Source: a virus
IMG/VR virus record: IMGVR_UViG_3300045988_180675
Span: 135,478 to 199,477 of that record
Direction: 5' to 3' (one strand)
Length of the DNA: 64,000 nucleotides
Shown: piece by piece, positions 18,901-28,873 of the stretch
Layout: each line of letters opens with the position of its first letter
How positions within the stretch are numbered: the first letter of the stretch is position 1
Notes under the pieces: model-generated
What the model saw: the letters and a program-made list of their open reading frames with translations, nothing else
Told to the model about the DNA's origin: nothing
Database searches by the model: none
Program-made: the position numbers and the translations under genes

Positions 18901-19471
18901 CTTCTAATACTGCCTTAGCATCATTTAAAGCGTTATTTGCTTCTGTTACTGCTCCTTGTGCAGAATCCTTGTTTGCCTTTGCTGTATCTACATTTGATGT
19001 AGCTGTATTGATCTGCTCTTCTGATGGCTTCTCAGCGTTTGCTGCTTCTACTTCTGCTGTTTTTGTTTCTACAGTAGCCTTAGCGTTTTCAGATGCAACC
19101 TTAGCATCTTCTTCAGCCTGTTTTGCGTTTTCGATCACAGTAGGCTGGTTCTTTGCTGCTTCCTCTGCTGCCTTAGCGTCTGCTTCTGCATTAGCCTTCA
19201 TGTCTACAACTGCCTTGTGAGCGTCTTCTTCTGCCTGCTTAATAGAGCTTTCTGTTTCTGTTACTGTGTTTGCCGCACTCGTTGCATTTGCTTCTGCTGT
19301 AGCCTTTTCTGCATCTGCATTAGCCTTTACTGCTGTTGCTGTATCGAGTGCTGCCTGTGTTCCTGTTGCTTGTTCATTTGTTTCCTCTGCGAATGTTGTT
19401 GCTGTTGTTGCAGCGATTGAAGCTGCTGCTGTTGCTGTGATAACTGCTGTCTTAACTAATTCCTTTTTCAT
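15965..19471 (-). CDS. Ala-rich coiled-coil surface protein with central CAP/SCP (PR-1-like) domain
   Basis: Signal peptide, long A/K/E-rich coiled coils, and a central block (...HFTGLDPLGTTFYMMA...GHTRHFNMGENLAWGY...) matching the CAP-domain pattern. C-terminal TM plus KKKKK. Confidence 0.7.
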   Translation of the reverse strand: MKKELVKTAVITATAAASIAATTATTFAEETNEQATGTQAALDTATAVKANADAEKATAEANATSAANTVTETESSIKQAEEDAHKAVVDMKANAEADAKAAEEAAKNQPTVIENAKQAEEDAKVASENAKATVETKTAEVEAANAEKPSEEQINTATSNVDTAKANKDSAQGAVTEANNALNDAKAVLEEKTNDVTTKENAKNSANTDLENANAKLNSDKGVTAEKENDLRKALEKNGGKDVLETDEYKAMLNAEKESAKAHEKVEEKKTAEAEAKKDADAKESILNDKKSVEAEKKNALDAENANVSTKESVASEKEAQKNSASTSVDTAKNNVENAKSDVNTKETEKNKALEKQAKERQDYETNRAATEAAKREKLNKDVTDADTEKNAISQKIANASEQVKKGFEGFLGWAKTKFAGDENTLKDIERAVKALHQYPAGMIVGDENDATSLRNVKEALKVLIKYNEQRVHDEHFTGLDPLGTTFYMMATAISNADNSANPANGHTRHFNMGENLAWGYADPNKGWYEEEKVVWEALQEFTAKYLAEHPGVNITKRGPEKTAFENAWTNYAKNEKKFFNIQTGHYTNAVNRNYIMTGIGRSTVANKRGKMVYDQQLQKFVEVGGEKKYTEDQLDSYGITFSQTFSTSTEGNGPEAEKIYTIAEFTSLFDEYMDTVDTTKLNAKLDEANKKYNDAVTVRDAYKGEPALGEREVLPEEKAYDAAVQKLAEANTALTNAQKVLTDATTALENAKSELEAAKATRDSAKLAHDAAKAKTVTAQSTYDAAKGVYDAKVAERKNAEADAKTADDDLSAKTAVVDSMVGVEEMKALRKAVADAKEVQKASEKVVEEKQNALNDATNAYNDAVAARNTAQANVDTKTNELATAQSTLEAKTTDLTNAELALKALTDKVAAYDAKVKELEDSKAEAAKKAQAYEDAKAAHTKAMDALVELTTKATEARAKADRTNAFTFDETFNTLVSDPEFASTVNPYIEAVQKARAALATAKQALVEANEALEEATTRAAKAEANYIRELAAYNVRVATEAAQKAEAARQAELANQAARQIESATNKSVGTDAMVEKNEKKASDKQKEASKDSKNDKQDAKKSDDKKTETQKNDNKKDVATEEKKSEESSDDTVAKVGIGALVATALAGFGIVIGKKKKKESK

Positions 19472-19622
19472 TTCCTTTTCCTCTTTCTTTCTAACTTTTT
19501 TAACTACTTCACAACATATATTATATACGAAGATTTGATATAAATATACAGTGTTTTTTCGTTATTTACTTGTAAAAGTTTTATTTTCTTCCTTTCTTTT
19601 TTCTACTTCCTTTACAACTATT

Positions 19623-19651
19623 ATTTTATCATAACAGTATATATAAGTCAA
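19623..19651 (-). promoter_or_regulatory. sigma-A-type promoter TTGACT-N17-TAAAAT (TGa extended -10) with ATACTGTTAT box in the spacer
   Basis: -10 at 19623..19628 and -35 at 19646..19651. The box occupies 19630..19642. About 25 of 29 nt are identical to the promoter at 43988..44016. Confidence 0.65.
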
Positions 19652-19679
19652 TACATTTTGTGTTCTTTATAGAAAATAT

Positions 19680-19868
19680 TTACCATTTGTAATCTAATAT
19701 TTTCTTTGCGGTTGAAAGCGTCATATTTTCTAGCTTATACTTACCATTCCGATATCTGCTGATCATTGACTTATTGATTCCTGTACTTTTTGAAAGCTCG
19801 TGACCACTGATTCGACTGTTGTACAGAATGTTTTTGATCTTTTCTTCGATCTTTTCGATCTCTTTCAT
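19680..19868 (-). CDS. XRE-family helix-turn-helix transcriptional regulator (62 aa)
   Basis: HTH pattern ISGHELSKSTGINKSMISRYRNG and SD GGAAAGGG. Confidence 0.8.
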   Translation of the reverse strand: MKEIEKIEEKIKNILYNSRISGHELSKSTGINKSMISRYRNGKYKLENMTLSTAKKILDYKW

Positions 19869-19893
19869 ATTTCCCTTTCCTTTCTATACCCAT

Positions 19894-19922
19894 AGTATAG
19901 CATATTAGTTGCTATATTACAA
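19894..19922 (-). promoter_or_regulatory. promoter TTGTAA-N17-TATACT (TGc extended -10) overlapped by inverted repeat TATAGCA-N7-TGCTATA
   Basis: -10 at 19894..19899 and -35 at 19917..19922. Inverted-repeat arms at 19896..19902 and 19910..19916. The half-site equals the core of Box-1. Confidence 0.6.
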
Positions 19923-19948
19923 CCATTATTTAAAAAGAAAACATGCTT

Positions 19949-20659
19949 TTAGCATGCTTCCTCTTCCTTTTTTGAAATCATATAAGCTCCAGCAGATGCT
20001 GTTAACAACACAGCTAGTAATGTTAATAGGCTTGAGTTTGCACTGATACCTGTATCTGCCTTTGGTTTTTCCTTTGGCTTTTCGCTTGGGGGCACAACAG
20101 GTTTTTCGTTTGGAATCTTTTTAACTTCACTCTTTGGTGAAATTGTAACATTATGTTTCCACTCACCACTTGTATACAGTGGTAGTGAAACAAGGAACGG
20201 CTTAGCAAGTTCATATTTGCCTGCTTCTCCTTCTGCCTTTGTTTCTGCAACTAAATACATTCCATCTGGTAAATTCGCAAATGTTGCCTGTCCATCTTCA
20301 TTCGTTTTTCCTGTTGCAACAGGATCAATTTTATTTGCTAAAGCAAAAATCTTTTCTGCTGCCTCATTTGATTTCTCTGCTGTCATCCCATCGAAATTGA
20401 TTTCTGTTTCTTTGTATTCATCAACCAGTGTATATGTAGCAGAAGCTGCATTTCCATTGTATGTGATATCAGCAACCTTATAAACTACAAATGTTGCATC
20501 TGGAATATTTGTAATTGTAGCTGTTTCGGAATCTTTTTCTGAGAATTGGATTGTTGCTGTATTTTCCTGTTGTTCTGCCAAAACAAGAAAGCTGGAAGAA
20601 TTAAATAAGAAAATACTCGTGATTCCTGTGATTAATATTTTTTTGAATAAGTTTTTCAT
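19949..20659 (-). CDS. SpaA-like pilin / isopeptide-domain fimbrial subunit with sorting signal KADTG
   Basis: The start is trimmed to MKNLFKK (SD AAAGGA, 7 nt spacing). Signal peptide, pattern ...GMYLVAETKAEGEAGKYELAKPFLVSLP..., and a C-terminal KADTG plus hydrophobic segment plus charged tail. Confidence 0.6.
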   Translation of the reverse strand: MKNLFKKILITGITSIFLFNSSSFLVLAEQQENTATIQFSEKDSETATITNIPDATFVVYKVADITYNGNAASATYTLVDEYKETEINFDGMTAEKSNEAAEKIFALANKIDPVATGKTNEDGQATFANLPDGMYLVAETKAEGEAGKYELAKPFLVSLPLYTSGEWKHNVTISPKSEVKKIPNEKPVVPPSEKPKEKPKADTGISANSSLLTLLAVLLTASAGAYMISKKEEEAC

Positions 20660-20726
20660 CGTTTTTCCTTTCTGGACCAATGGTTGAGCGTAGCCAGAAG
20701 ACTACGCTCCCCTTTCATTGATCACT

Positions 20727-23700
20727 TTAATTCTTTTCTTTCTTTTTCGCACTGATCACAAGATAACCAGCACCACCAAGTAATACCATTGCGATAATTA
20801 CAAATGTAATCATTCCTCGACCACCAGTAGAAGGTAATACCTTTAACTTATCGTCGTGAAGTTCAATTTGAACTGTTGTATTTAATTGGTTTTTCTTAAT
20901 TTCAAACTCATGCTTATTAGGATCTAAAGCGTATCCCTCTGGAGCCTTTGTTTCAATTAAGTAATAGTTACCAACGCCAATACCATCGATTTCATCTGAT
21001 TTACCATTGCTATTGATATCAATATTCTTGATAAAGAATGTTCCCTTGTATAAAGCGTATGTTGCTCCACCCAACTTCTCGTTGTTTTCACCAAACTTCG
21101 TTAGTTGGATCTTAGCTGATGGAGGTGTGATGTTTGTAAATATTACAGTTGCATCTTCTCCATCATCAATCGTTTCAAGCTCTGTTACAAGATCAAGCAT
21201 TGCTTCATCATTTTCCTTTGTTGCGTTTGCGAAGTTTCCTTTGTCGGCTGTTAGTGCATATTTTGCAAGCTTCTTATTTGCTTGTTCAATAACTTTGTAT
21301 TCAACACCAACAGGAATATCTGTAAACTTAACGCTTTCGCCATTTCCTAATGTGAAATCCTTAGTTGCTTCTCCGTTTTCATCAGCTCTTACAAGACCGA
21401 TATCAGAACTAAAGAAACTATTAGGTTTCATATTTGAGAATTGGATCGAGAATGGATACTTCTCAGTTGTTACTTCTGGTTCAACCTTGGTTACAACTAA
21501 TGATTGCTTATGTTCAATCGTATTTGTGAATGTAATAGATACGTTTTCATTAGCATCAACAGTTTCTACAGCTGTACTTAAATCTTTATTTTCTTCTTCA
21601 TTCAATCCATTTTCAGAATTAAATTTATTGATTCCTCTATCATCAGAGAGTTCGTACTTAGAAGTATAAGCACCTGCTAGTTCTGTTACTTGATATGTTG
21701 CACCAACAGGTAGTTTCTTAAACATGATCGATTCATCTTTTCTTAATCTTAAATCAAGTAATGCGTGTCCAGACAAGTCTGAATCAAAGTAAACACCATT
21801 ATTTGTCGTTAAATATCTTGTATTTGGAGTCAAATTACTAAATTCAACACGGAATGGGTATTCTGTATTTTCATCAGCAATTCCTGATACTTTCTTAACA
21901 AGTGTGACATTGCTCACTTCACCTGGTTCTGGAGGTGTAAATGTATTTGTACAAACGATATCAGATTGCTTTCCTGATTCTATTGTTACATTTTTAGCAC
22001 TATAAGTTGTCTGATAAGGACCTGTTTGTTCATGTACACCTACCACTGTTCCTTCTGGTAATCCTTCGATAACTAGATCCTGTCCACCCTTTAGCTGTAC
22101 CATAGCATGTCCACCAAAGATAGATACGCCAGATAAAACTCTAGGTTTGTTGAAGAATCCGTTCGGATTACTGAAGTTCAAGAAGAATGTATAAGATGCT
22201 CCTGGGACTAATTCACCATTTACAACCTTTGATAAGTGGAATGAACCAGTTCCTACAGTTGACTTATTAGTGATTGTTGCTCCCTTGCTTTGTGTACCAT
22301 TGACAATTGCGTACTTAGGTAACATTGCTTCGGAAGTGTATCCATCCATCTTTTCTTCGAACAACTTATATTCCAAAGTATCATCGAATACATTGAATGT
22401 ATATGTCCAAACGTTATCATCACCCTTCACCCATTTATCTGCTTGTGATCTATAAGTGATGGTGCCGTCTAGCATTTGTTTCACTTCTGGTTCTGCTGGC
22501 TCTGGGACAGGTCTCCACCCAAGCTCGTTCCAGTCTACGGATGTTACTCCATTGCGGTCGTATGAAGATTTAGAGTCATCCATCTTTATATTATTTCTAC
22601 TTGTTTTTGATAAGGCATATCCCGAAACATCTATGCCATAGGTGAAGCCGAGTTTCTTTATAACGCCATTTATTTTTGCGACACTAGCTCGTATTTCATT
22701 TGGAGCTGCTTTTTCTGGAGCAAAACCAATTACCACCTTAGATGTTGTCTTTAGGTCTCCAAGCAACTTGTTAATTACAGATGCCATCTCTTCTTCACTT
22801 AAATGAGCAAACTCTCTTAAACTTGTGTTATAAAAATTTAGATTTGTAAGAGTTCTATTACCCTGTTTTATCGTGTTTCCCAAATTCATTTTTATTGCGT
22901 CTAATTTTTGCTTATCTTTTACCAATTTAACTAGATCCATTGAGAACGCAAAATATTGAAAATCTTTTGCGGTTGCTGTTGGACTATTTGGTTGGGTTGG
23001 CTTTGCAAAACTTGAGCCCTTGAACATGTCTTCAAAATCTACTACGTTTTCGACGTTTAGAGAATCTATAATTTTATCAATGTCGCCATTTACACTTTGG
23101 AAGTTCAAGAACATTCCCTTTGCAATTTTTAAATTTCCACTAGATTTGCTTCCGATTGCAGATGTTGGCAAGGATATATTCGCTTGTTGGTTTGCGAACA
23201 TTTCTGTTGCGTTTTCTACTTTGCTAAAGTCAAATTGTGTCAATGCAATTCTAGATAGTTGAAAAATATTTTCATTACTATTACTATCGTACTTAAACAA
23301 CTCGGAAGAGTCTTTTGGTAAGAATAGTGTATTAGCCTCTGAAGATAAAATAATTTGTCCATTCCTAATGTTAACGTGTGCATAAATTTTGTACGGAGAA
23401 TCTTCTGAAGAAACAATTAAATAATCAGTTTGTTTATTTATCTCCATGATTGCTTCTTTCGTTATTGACCGATCCACGAAGAGTGTAAACTTTTTACCAT
23501 TTACAGATGAATGTGTTAAATTTTCTGCTTGTACAATCTTATTAAGGAAATGTGGTTCCAAATAAGCAACTTTGAACTTGTTGTCCTTGAAAACGAATGT
23601 TCTTGTATATAAGTCCGACTCGTTCAACGTTCCTGTGAACAAGTGGGACTGATCAAATATGATCTCTCTAAATATAACTTCTCCGTTTTCAAAGCTATTA

Positions 23701-26700
23701 AGAGTAGTTTCTCTTTCTGGGAAAGCAGAGCTTATAATAGTTTCATTTCTCTTCGCAAAAGCCTTGATTTGCTCGCCGACTTTTTTAACTATATAAGTTG
23801 TTAAACTGTTATTCGAATCAGAGTTTCTTTCTATCTCTTCTTTGCTGAACGTTATAATTACCTTTCGTTCGCTTTCTGGAATGCCTGGAATATTTCCAAA
23901 ATCAACTGTATAAACGATATTATTCACGTTTGGATCAGTGGCTGTCATCGTTAATTGTGGGATTGGTCTGTTTTCGTTATTCTTATCTGCGTCTTCCCAC
24001 ACTTTTTTAACAATAATTTTTCCATCTTCTGATCTTTCATTTTTAACGATGAAGAATCCTGTATTATTTTCTTTTTCCAAGCCGTCAATCGTTATTTCTC
24101 CGAGTTTACTGATGTGAACAATATATTCTTTTTGATCTTTAATATAATTTCTGTTTCCACCCTTTTTACCATCAGCAGTAACATTTGTTGGAGCTGTGAT
24201 TTCTTTTAATGTGTATGTACCCTTCTCAATATTTTCAAATGTTAATACACCATTTTCGTCTGATGTTGCAGTAATATTTGTACTTGTTCCAAGTTCTGAT
24301 ACACCTTTAAGTAAGAACTCTGCCCCCTCTAACCATATAGAGTTATTGTCTGCATCTATCTTGCGAAGTTTGAAACCGTTGTATCTATGCTCATTGAATA
24401 CTGTTTCGTTCTTGTAATATTCAGAATTGTCACTTGATATTGAATATTTACCAAACTCATCGACGAGAATATTTACAGTTAGTTCTTTATTTGGGACATA
24501 TCTCTGGTTTTCTAAAGCAATTTCTTTAATTGCATAGCGACCTTTTTCTACATCATCAAATTTAACTTCTCCATCGCTGTTTGATGTTGCAAATTTTACA
24601 ATATCTGTTCCGTAATCAGATGTTCCATATAATTTGAATATAGCACCAGAAACCTTTGCAAAAGAATTACCCAATTCACTCTTCTTAAATTTTATATCTG
24701 TATGAATTCTTGGCTTATCTGATAATACTAATTCTTTATTTGTATAATTGACTCCATCTACAATTACATTATTTGATTTATCTATAGTTACTACTCTTGT
24801 TGTTGCATCTAAAAGCCAATCTTTTGTAGCTTTATATTCTTGTAATGTATATGTACCAAGCTCAACGTCAGAAAATATTGCAGAACCCGAAGAACCTGTT
24901 TTAACTGTTTCGTCATAAACAGTTCCATAATTAGAAATTCCACTTAATTTATATTCAATACCTTCAATAGTTAAAGCTGTATCATTTTCACTAACTTTCT
25001 TGATCATCAAATTACCAGAAATTTTTAACCCAATCTGCGTATAATCTTGATGAACAAGATGTGTTTCTGCTTTATTATTTGAACCGAGAATTGTAGCGTT
25101 CATATAAATGTTGTTATATGCCATTGGAATACGTCCAATATCATTTGCTCCATTTGGAGCTTGCATATATAAGTATGCTGTCAACGACTCTGTTTCATCT
25201 AACACAAAATCTGTTCCATCTGCCTTTTTGGAAGCATCAATAGCAATAGCTTTTGCATTTGAAATATTTGATAGATCTGTTACTTTTTGCCAAATTGAAG
25301 AGTCTGTTAAATCTCGATGTTCATCAATTGATAAATTTTCTACTGTACTAATATAAACTACAGGCTTGATTCCTCTTGCCTCTAATTGTTTTAATCCAAT
25401 GGAGTTTAGTGTGCCATGCCAATCAGATTGCTTCCCATCTTCTGTAACGTAGTTTTCCAAACTATCATAAAAAATAATATCTTTAGCTTTAGAGGAGCCG
25501 CTATTTGCCATACGTAACTCATAACTATATTCTTTTCCAATATTAGTCATTGTTTCGTATGAATACTTCTTATCTTTTTCGGCTTTTACCTTCTTTGTTA
25601 AGCCTGAAGTAGCAGCTGTTAAATTGTTTACATCATAAATTTCTTCCGCATAAATAAACTTAGAAACTCCAGATGTCCAATCATCAGGTTCTCCGCTGTC
25701 TAATCCAGCCATATTTTCTTTGATTTGATGTTCTGGGGATTTTCCATTCTTATCAAATCTTCCACCATTATCAGCCGTTCCACCTGCGATGCTCTTATTG
25801 CCAGTTTTGTAGGCTACTGGGTTGTAAATATTTGTGCCAAAATCTTTTAGGTTGTTCCATGAATAAGTTGTATCAAAAAATACAGTATATTTTTCTGATG
25901 GATCTTTTATATCCAAACGGAACATTGTACGACCAGTATCATTAAAGTTGTCGATTGTTGTTACTGTGTAATCTGCAGGTGAAACCATTCCACCTTCTCG
26001 CTTGTTTATGATAATACTAGACTTATCAAGTACACTGCCAAGTGGCAACAAATCATAGAATGTTCCGCCATTTTGGACTACATACTCTATCTTTCCTGAT
26101 TGTCCAGAAACAATTTGTTCATCTGCACTGATTCTCCATGTAATATCGAAAATTCTTTGCTTTGCGTTATTGGAAGAAGAAACGACATGCTTCTCTACTT
26201 CTGATGATCGCTGTGTTACTCTTGCATAATCAACCGCATTAGAATTTGTTTCTAAAATCTTTTCATTCTTATAGTTAAAGAATTGACCATTTACATTGTT
26301 TGCAAGACCAATACGTTCTTTACCTTTTACAAAATTCATTACCTTTTCAGAATTCTTTAATGTCAAAAATGGATATGCGTAAATGGCAGAAAAATAATGC
26401 TTATTAGAAAAAGTTATTCTGTATGCAATGATATCTTTTCTTGAAAACTCAATAGTCTCATTTGTAAAATTACTTACAAAATTAGAGTCAAAATTTGCTT
26501 GTGATGTTGAAAAGTTATATGTTCCAACCGTCTTAAATTCTTCATCTTGACCATGTTTGACCTGTAAAGTAATAATATCACTTTCATCATATTTCTTTTC
26601 TTTATCGTATTCAAAAGTTGCTTCTTCAGCATTGTAATGGGCTGTGCGAGTTATATATCTATAATTCACTGATTCAATATAAACATCATCAGATGTTAAT

Positions 26701-28850
26701 AGTGTTCCTTTTTCATATCTTACGCCATCTGACGAAGGATTCTCTCCTCTTTCTTTATCTGTTGTCAAATATATTCCTTCATCAGTAAACTGATATGTTA
26801 CTGGACGTTGTCCATACGCAGAAGGGTCTTTTATATCCTTTGATTCATCTCTTGTCCATGGATATGGATAACCTACAATGTCGGAATAATATCTCATATT
26901 TTTATATTCTGTCATTGTTATTTCGGCATTGTCATAGCCATTAAAAGAATCAAGATCATATCTCATTTTCATTCCTTCCTTTTTATGAACATTAAAATGA
27001 CCATAAGGAAGCGAAAACGTCGGCTTGCTCCACTCCCATTTTATAGAGCTTTCTTTACTTGTTGCTGCGTCAATTCCATCAACAGGAGTTACAACAGCAT
27101 TAACTTTTAAAGTGTTTTGTAAATAAGTTTTGTTTTCAAACTCTGTATTTGGGATACGTACAACTACAGTATCAAACCGTTTATTAGACGGATTTGTTTG
27201 ATCGGTTACTTCATTTGAATTTTGGAATTTACCACCAAAAACATATCCGACAATTTCATAATTAGAGGAAGTTGCTTCTAATTTAAAATTGTATGGTTGA
27301 GTAGCATAAATGGTTGATTCAACTACATAGCTTAAATAAGTATAGTTGTCTACGTTAGCTGGTTTGTCTCCTTCGTATATCCATTTTTTATTTTTGGTTG
27401 GATATTTAACAGATGAAGATGCAATATTTGCTGTCGTATTAATTTTAACTGTTAGTGGATCGGCATTACGTACTTCGCTGCCTAATTCCATTTTGGCTGT
27501 AAATGACTTACTTTCAGCCATATCACGATATCTAAAAGAACTTTCTGCTGTGTGATAACCAACTTCTACATATCCTTCTGTACCTGCTGCTAACTTTCTG
27601 AAGTTATAGATAACAATGTTGTCACCATCTTCATAGTACGCAAAGTTTACATCCTTGTCGATCTGTTCGCCTGTACCAGCCATCATTGCATCTACTTCTC
27701 TTTGGTGTGGAATGGACATTTCATATTTGTCTGATGCCTGTCCATTGCGGTTTAACAAAATGCTCTTAGGAACTGTAAACATTACGGCGTTTTCACCTAC
27801 TTCATCTACACCAGAAATAGAGAAATTCACACGGAACACAAACATGTGTCCAGCTGCATATCCTCCAGTGTTAATTGTAGGTACTGTCCAAACGTTCGTT
27901 CCCTTATCTACACCGCCAACTAGCTTTGTATTAAAGTCGCCAATGTGCACATCTCTAACAGTAGTGTTACGCTCTACAGAACGAAGAGAAGCATCTTCTG
28001 CATTTTCTTCATTTGTTTTTACTGTAGGAGTAAAATTTACCTTATAAGTTATTCCATTGATCGTAACCAAGGCAAACATTTCGCTAGAGAAATCTTCTAC
28101 CTTTTCGATCATTTGATCTTTCGCTACGATATAACTTGAATTGCTTACTTCAAGATTTTGGATCTGTCCTACTAGTCCAGTCTGTGTCAGTAATTCGTCG
28201 TAAGAAATTGAACCAGCACTTAAATCTAGTGTCTTTGGTTGATAACTATAACGAAGCATATATACTTCATCCATCTTTTCGATAGATGTTTCTACCTTAT
28301 TTTCGTCATCAGTAGATTTCTTGATATCCAAAGGCTTAAATTCAAACTTGGCTAATTCAGTTTCTTTACCTTCTTTCTTATCTTCCTCTACTTTTTCAGT
28401 ATCCTTTTTCATTTCTACTAATCGATCAGCAGAAATCGAATATAAAGATACCTTAATATTTTTATCACCCAGTTTTTCATTCTTTAATGAAAGTTCAACT
28501 TTCTTTGTTGGGTTAAGTTTGTTTCCATCCTCATCTTCAAAAGAAACGTTAAAATACTGCTTTTTAGCAGTTTCGTAACCTTTTTCTTCTGTTAGATATA
28601 CATCTGATAGATCCTGATATTCTTTCGCAACCTCTGTAACGTGAAGTTTTGCTCCCTCTGGAAGCGAATCCTTCTCGGTCGTTGCTACGATATCATAATC
28701 ATCGTATGTCGTGGATAGTTCGAGCTTTTCAATCTTCTTTTCGCCTGTTCCTTCTTTTGCAAATGCCGCTACTGTATTTGGCATCATCATCAAAACAGAC
28801 AATGTAATAATTAAAAAGCTCTTGATTCGGTTTGTTATGCTTTTTTGCAT
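20727..28850 (-). CDS. giant LPXTG-anchored adhesin (2707 aa) with SpaA/Cna-B-type domains and DUF285-like repeats
   Basis: Signal peptide and several [EG]-rich ...F.L.G...T.D..G...F..[LV]E.G.Y.L.E..A... modules. A Cna-B-like block (KIIVKKVWEDADKNNENRP) and BspA/DUF285-like repeats (FDFSKVENATEMF..., NVENVVDFEDMF...). C-terminal LPSTG plus TM plus KKKEK. Confidence 0.85.
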   Translation of the reverse strand: MQKSITNRIKSFLIITLSVLMMMPNTVAAFAKEGTGEKKIEKLELSTTYDDYDIVATTEKDSLPEGAKLHVTEVAKEYQDLSDVYLTEEKGYETAKKQYFNVSFEDEDGNKLNPTKKVELSLKNEKLGDKNIKVSLYSISADRLVEMKKDTEKVEEDKKEGKETELAKFEFKPLDIKKSTDDENKVETSIEKMDEVYMLRYSYQPKTLDLSAGSISYDELLTQTGLVGQIQNLEVSNSSYIVAKDQMIEKVEDFSSEMFALVTINGITYKVNFTPTVKTNEENAEDASLRSVERNTTVRDVHIGDFNTKLVGGVDKGTNVWTVPTINTGGYAAGHMFVFRVNFSISGVDEVGENAVMFTVPKSILLNRNGQASDKYEMSIPHQREVDAMMAGTGEQIDKDVNFAYYEDGDNIVIYNFRKLAAGTEGYVEVGYHTAESSFRYRDMAESKSFTAKMELGSEVRNADPLTVKINTTANIASSSVKYPTKNKKWIYEGDKPANVDNYTYLSYVVESTIYATQPYNFKLEATSSNYEIVGYVFGGKFQNSNEVTDQTNPSNKRFDTVVVRIPNTEFENKTYLQNTLKVNAVVTPVDGIDAATSKESSIKWEWSKPTFSLPYGHFNVHKKEGMKMRYDLDSFNGYDNAEITMTEYKNMRYYSDIVGYPYPWTRDESKDIKDPSAYGQRPVTYQFTDEGIYLTTDKERGENPSSDGVRYEKGTLLTSDDVYIESVNYRYITRTAHYNAEEATFEYDKEKKYDESDIITLQVKHGQDEEFKTVGTYNFSTSQANFDSNFVSNFTNETIEFSRKDIIAYRITFSNKHYFSAIYAYPFLTLKNSEKVMNFVKGKERIGLANNVNGQFFNYKNEKILETNSNAVDYARVTQRSSEVEKHVVSSSNNAKQRIFDITWRISADEQIVSGQSGKIEYVVQNGGTFYDLLPLGSVLDKSSIIINKREGGMVSPADYTVTTIDNFNDTGRTMFRLDIKDPSEKYTVFFDTTYSWNNLKDFGTNIYNPVAYKTGNKSIAGGTADNGGRFDKNGKSPEHQIKENMAGLDSGEPDDWTSGVSKFIYAEEIYDVNNLTAATSGLTKKVKAEKDKKYSYETMTNIGKEYSYELRMANSGSSKAKDIIFYDSLENYVTEDGKQSDWHGTLNSIGLKQLEARGIKPVVYISTVENLSIDEHRDLTDSSIWQKVTDLSNISNAKAIAIDASKKADGTDFVLDETESLTAYLYMQAPNGANDIGRIPMAYNNIYMNATILGSNNKAETHLVHQDYTQIGLKISGNLMIKKVSENDTALTIEGIEYKLSGISNYGTVYDETVKTGSSGSAIFSDVELGTYTLQEYKATKDWLLDATTRVVTIDKSNNVIVDGVNYTNKELVLSDKPRIHTDIKFKKSELGNSFAKVSGAIFKLYGTSDYGTDIVKFATSNSDGEVKFDDVEKGRYAIKEIALENQRYVPNKELTVNILVDEFGKYSISSDNSEYYKNETVFNEHRYNGFKLRKIDADNNSIWLEGAEFLLKGVSELGTSTNITATSDENGVLTFENIEKGTYTLKEITAPTNVTADGKKGGNRNYIKDQKEYIVHISKLGEITIDGLEKENNTGFFIVKNERSEDGKIIVKKVWEDADKNNENRPIPQLTMTATDPNVNNIVYTVDFGNIPGIPESERKVIITFSKEEIERNSDSNNSLTTYIVKKVGEQIKAFAKRNETIISSAFPERETTLNSFENGEVIFREIIFDQSHLFTGTLNESDLYTRTFVFKDNKFKVAYLEPHFLNKIVQAENLTHSSVNGKKFTLFVDRSITKEAIMEINKQTDYLIVSSEDSPYKIYAHVNIRNGQIILSSEANTLFLPKDSSELFKYDSNSNENIFQLSRIALTQFDFSKVENATEMFANQQANISLPTSAIGSKSSGNLKIAKGMFLNFQSVNGDIDKIIDSLNVENVVDFEDMFKGSSFAKPTQPNSPTATAKDFQYFAFSMDLVKLVKDKQKLDAIKMNLGNTIKQGNRTLTNLNFYNTSLREFAHLSEEEMASVINKLLGDLKTTSKVVIGFAPEKAAPNEIRASVAKINGVIKKLGFTYGIDVSGYALSKTSRNNIKMDDSKSSYDRNGVTSVDWNELGWRPVPEPAEPEVKQMLDGTITYRSQADKWVKGDDNVWTYTFNVFDDTLEYKLFEEKMDGYTSEAMLPKYAIVNGTQSKGATITNKSTVGTGSFHLSKVVNGELVPGASYTFFLNFSNPNGFFNKPRVLSGVSIFGGHAMVQLKGGQDLVIEGLPEGTVVGVHEQTGPYQTTYSAKNVTIESGKQSDIVCTNTFTPPEPGEVSNVTLVKKVSGIADENTEYPFRVEFSNLTPNTRYLTTNNGVYFDSDLSGHALLDLRLRKDESIMFKKLPVGATYQVTELAGAYTSKYELSDDRGINKFNSENGLNEEENKDLSTAVETVDANENVSITFTNTIEHKQSLVVTKVEPEVTTEKYPFSIQFSNMKPNSFFSSDIGLVRADENGEATKDFTLGNGESVKFTDIPVGVEYKVIEQANKKLAKYALTADKGNFANATKENDEAMLDLVTELETIDDGEDATVIFTNITPPSAKIQLTKFGENNEKLGGATYALYKGTFFIKNIDINSNGKSDEIDGIGVGNYYLIETKAPEGYALDPNKHEFEIKKNQLNTTVQIELHDDKLKVLPSTGGRGMITFVIIAMVLLGGAGYLVISAKKKEKN

Positions 28851-28873
28851 ATTGGAATCCCCTTTCTACTAGT

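Noticed and set aside
19517-19529. tatattatatacg upstream of the CAP-domain protein gene, as a further Box-1 copy.
   Set aside because: It has five mismatches in the GC-containing core. It may simply be an AT-rich -10 region, so it is not counted among the box copies.
21007-21669. Plus-strand ORFs antisense to the large minus-strand genes. Examples: 21007..21669 (220 aa), 18723..19220, 15447..15878, 27655..28047, 29464..29868, 61021..61431, 62259..62660, 62792..63154.
   Set aside because: They lack ribosome-binding sites and promoters. Their composition is low-complexity Ser/Leu/Phe-rich, typical of the mirror frame of AT-rich coding DNA. They are fully overlapped by much better supported minus-strand genes.
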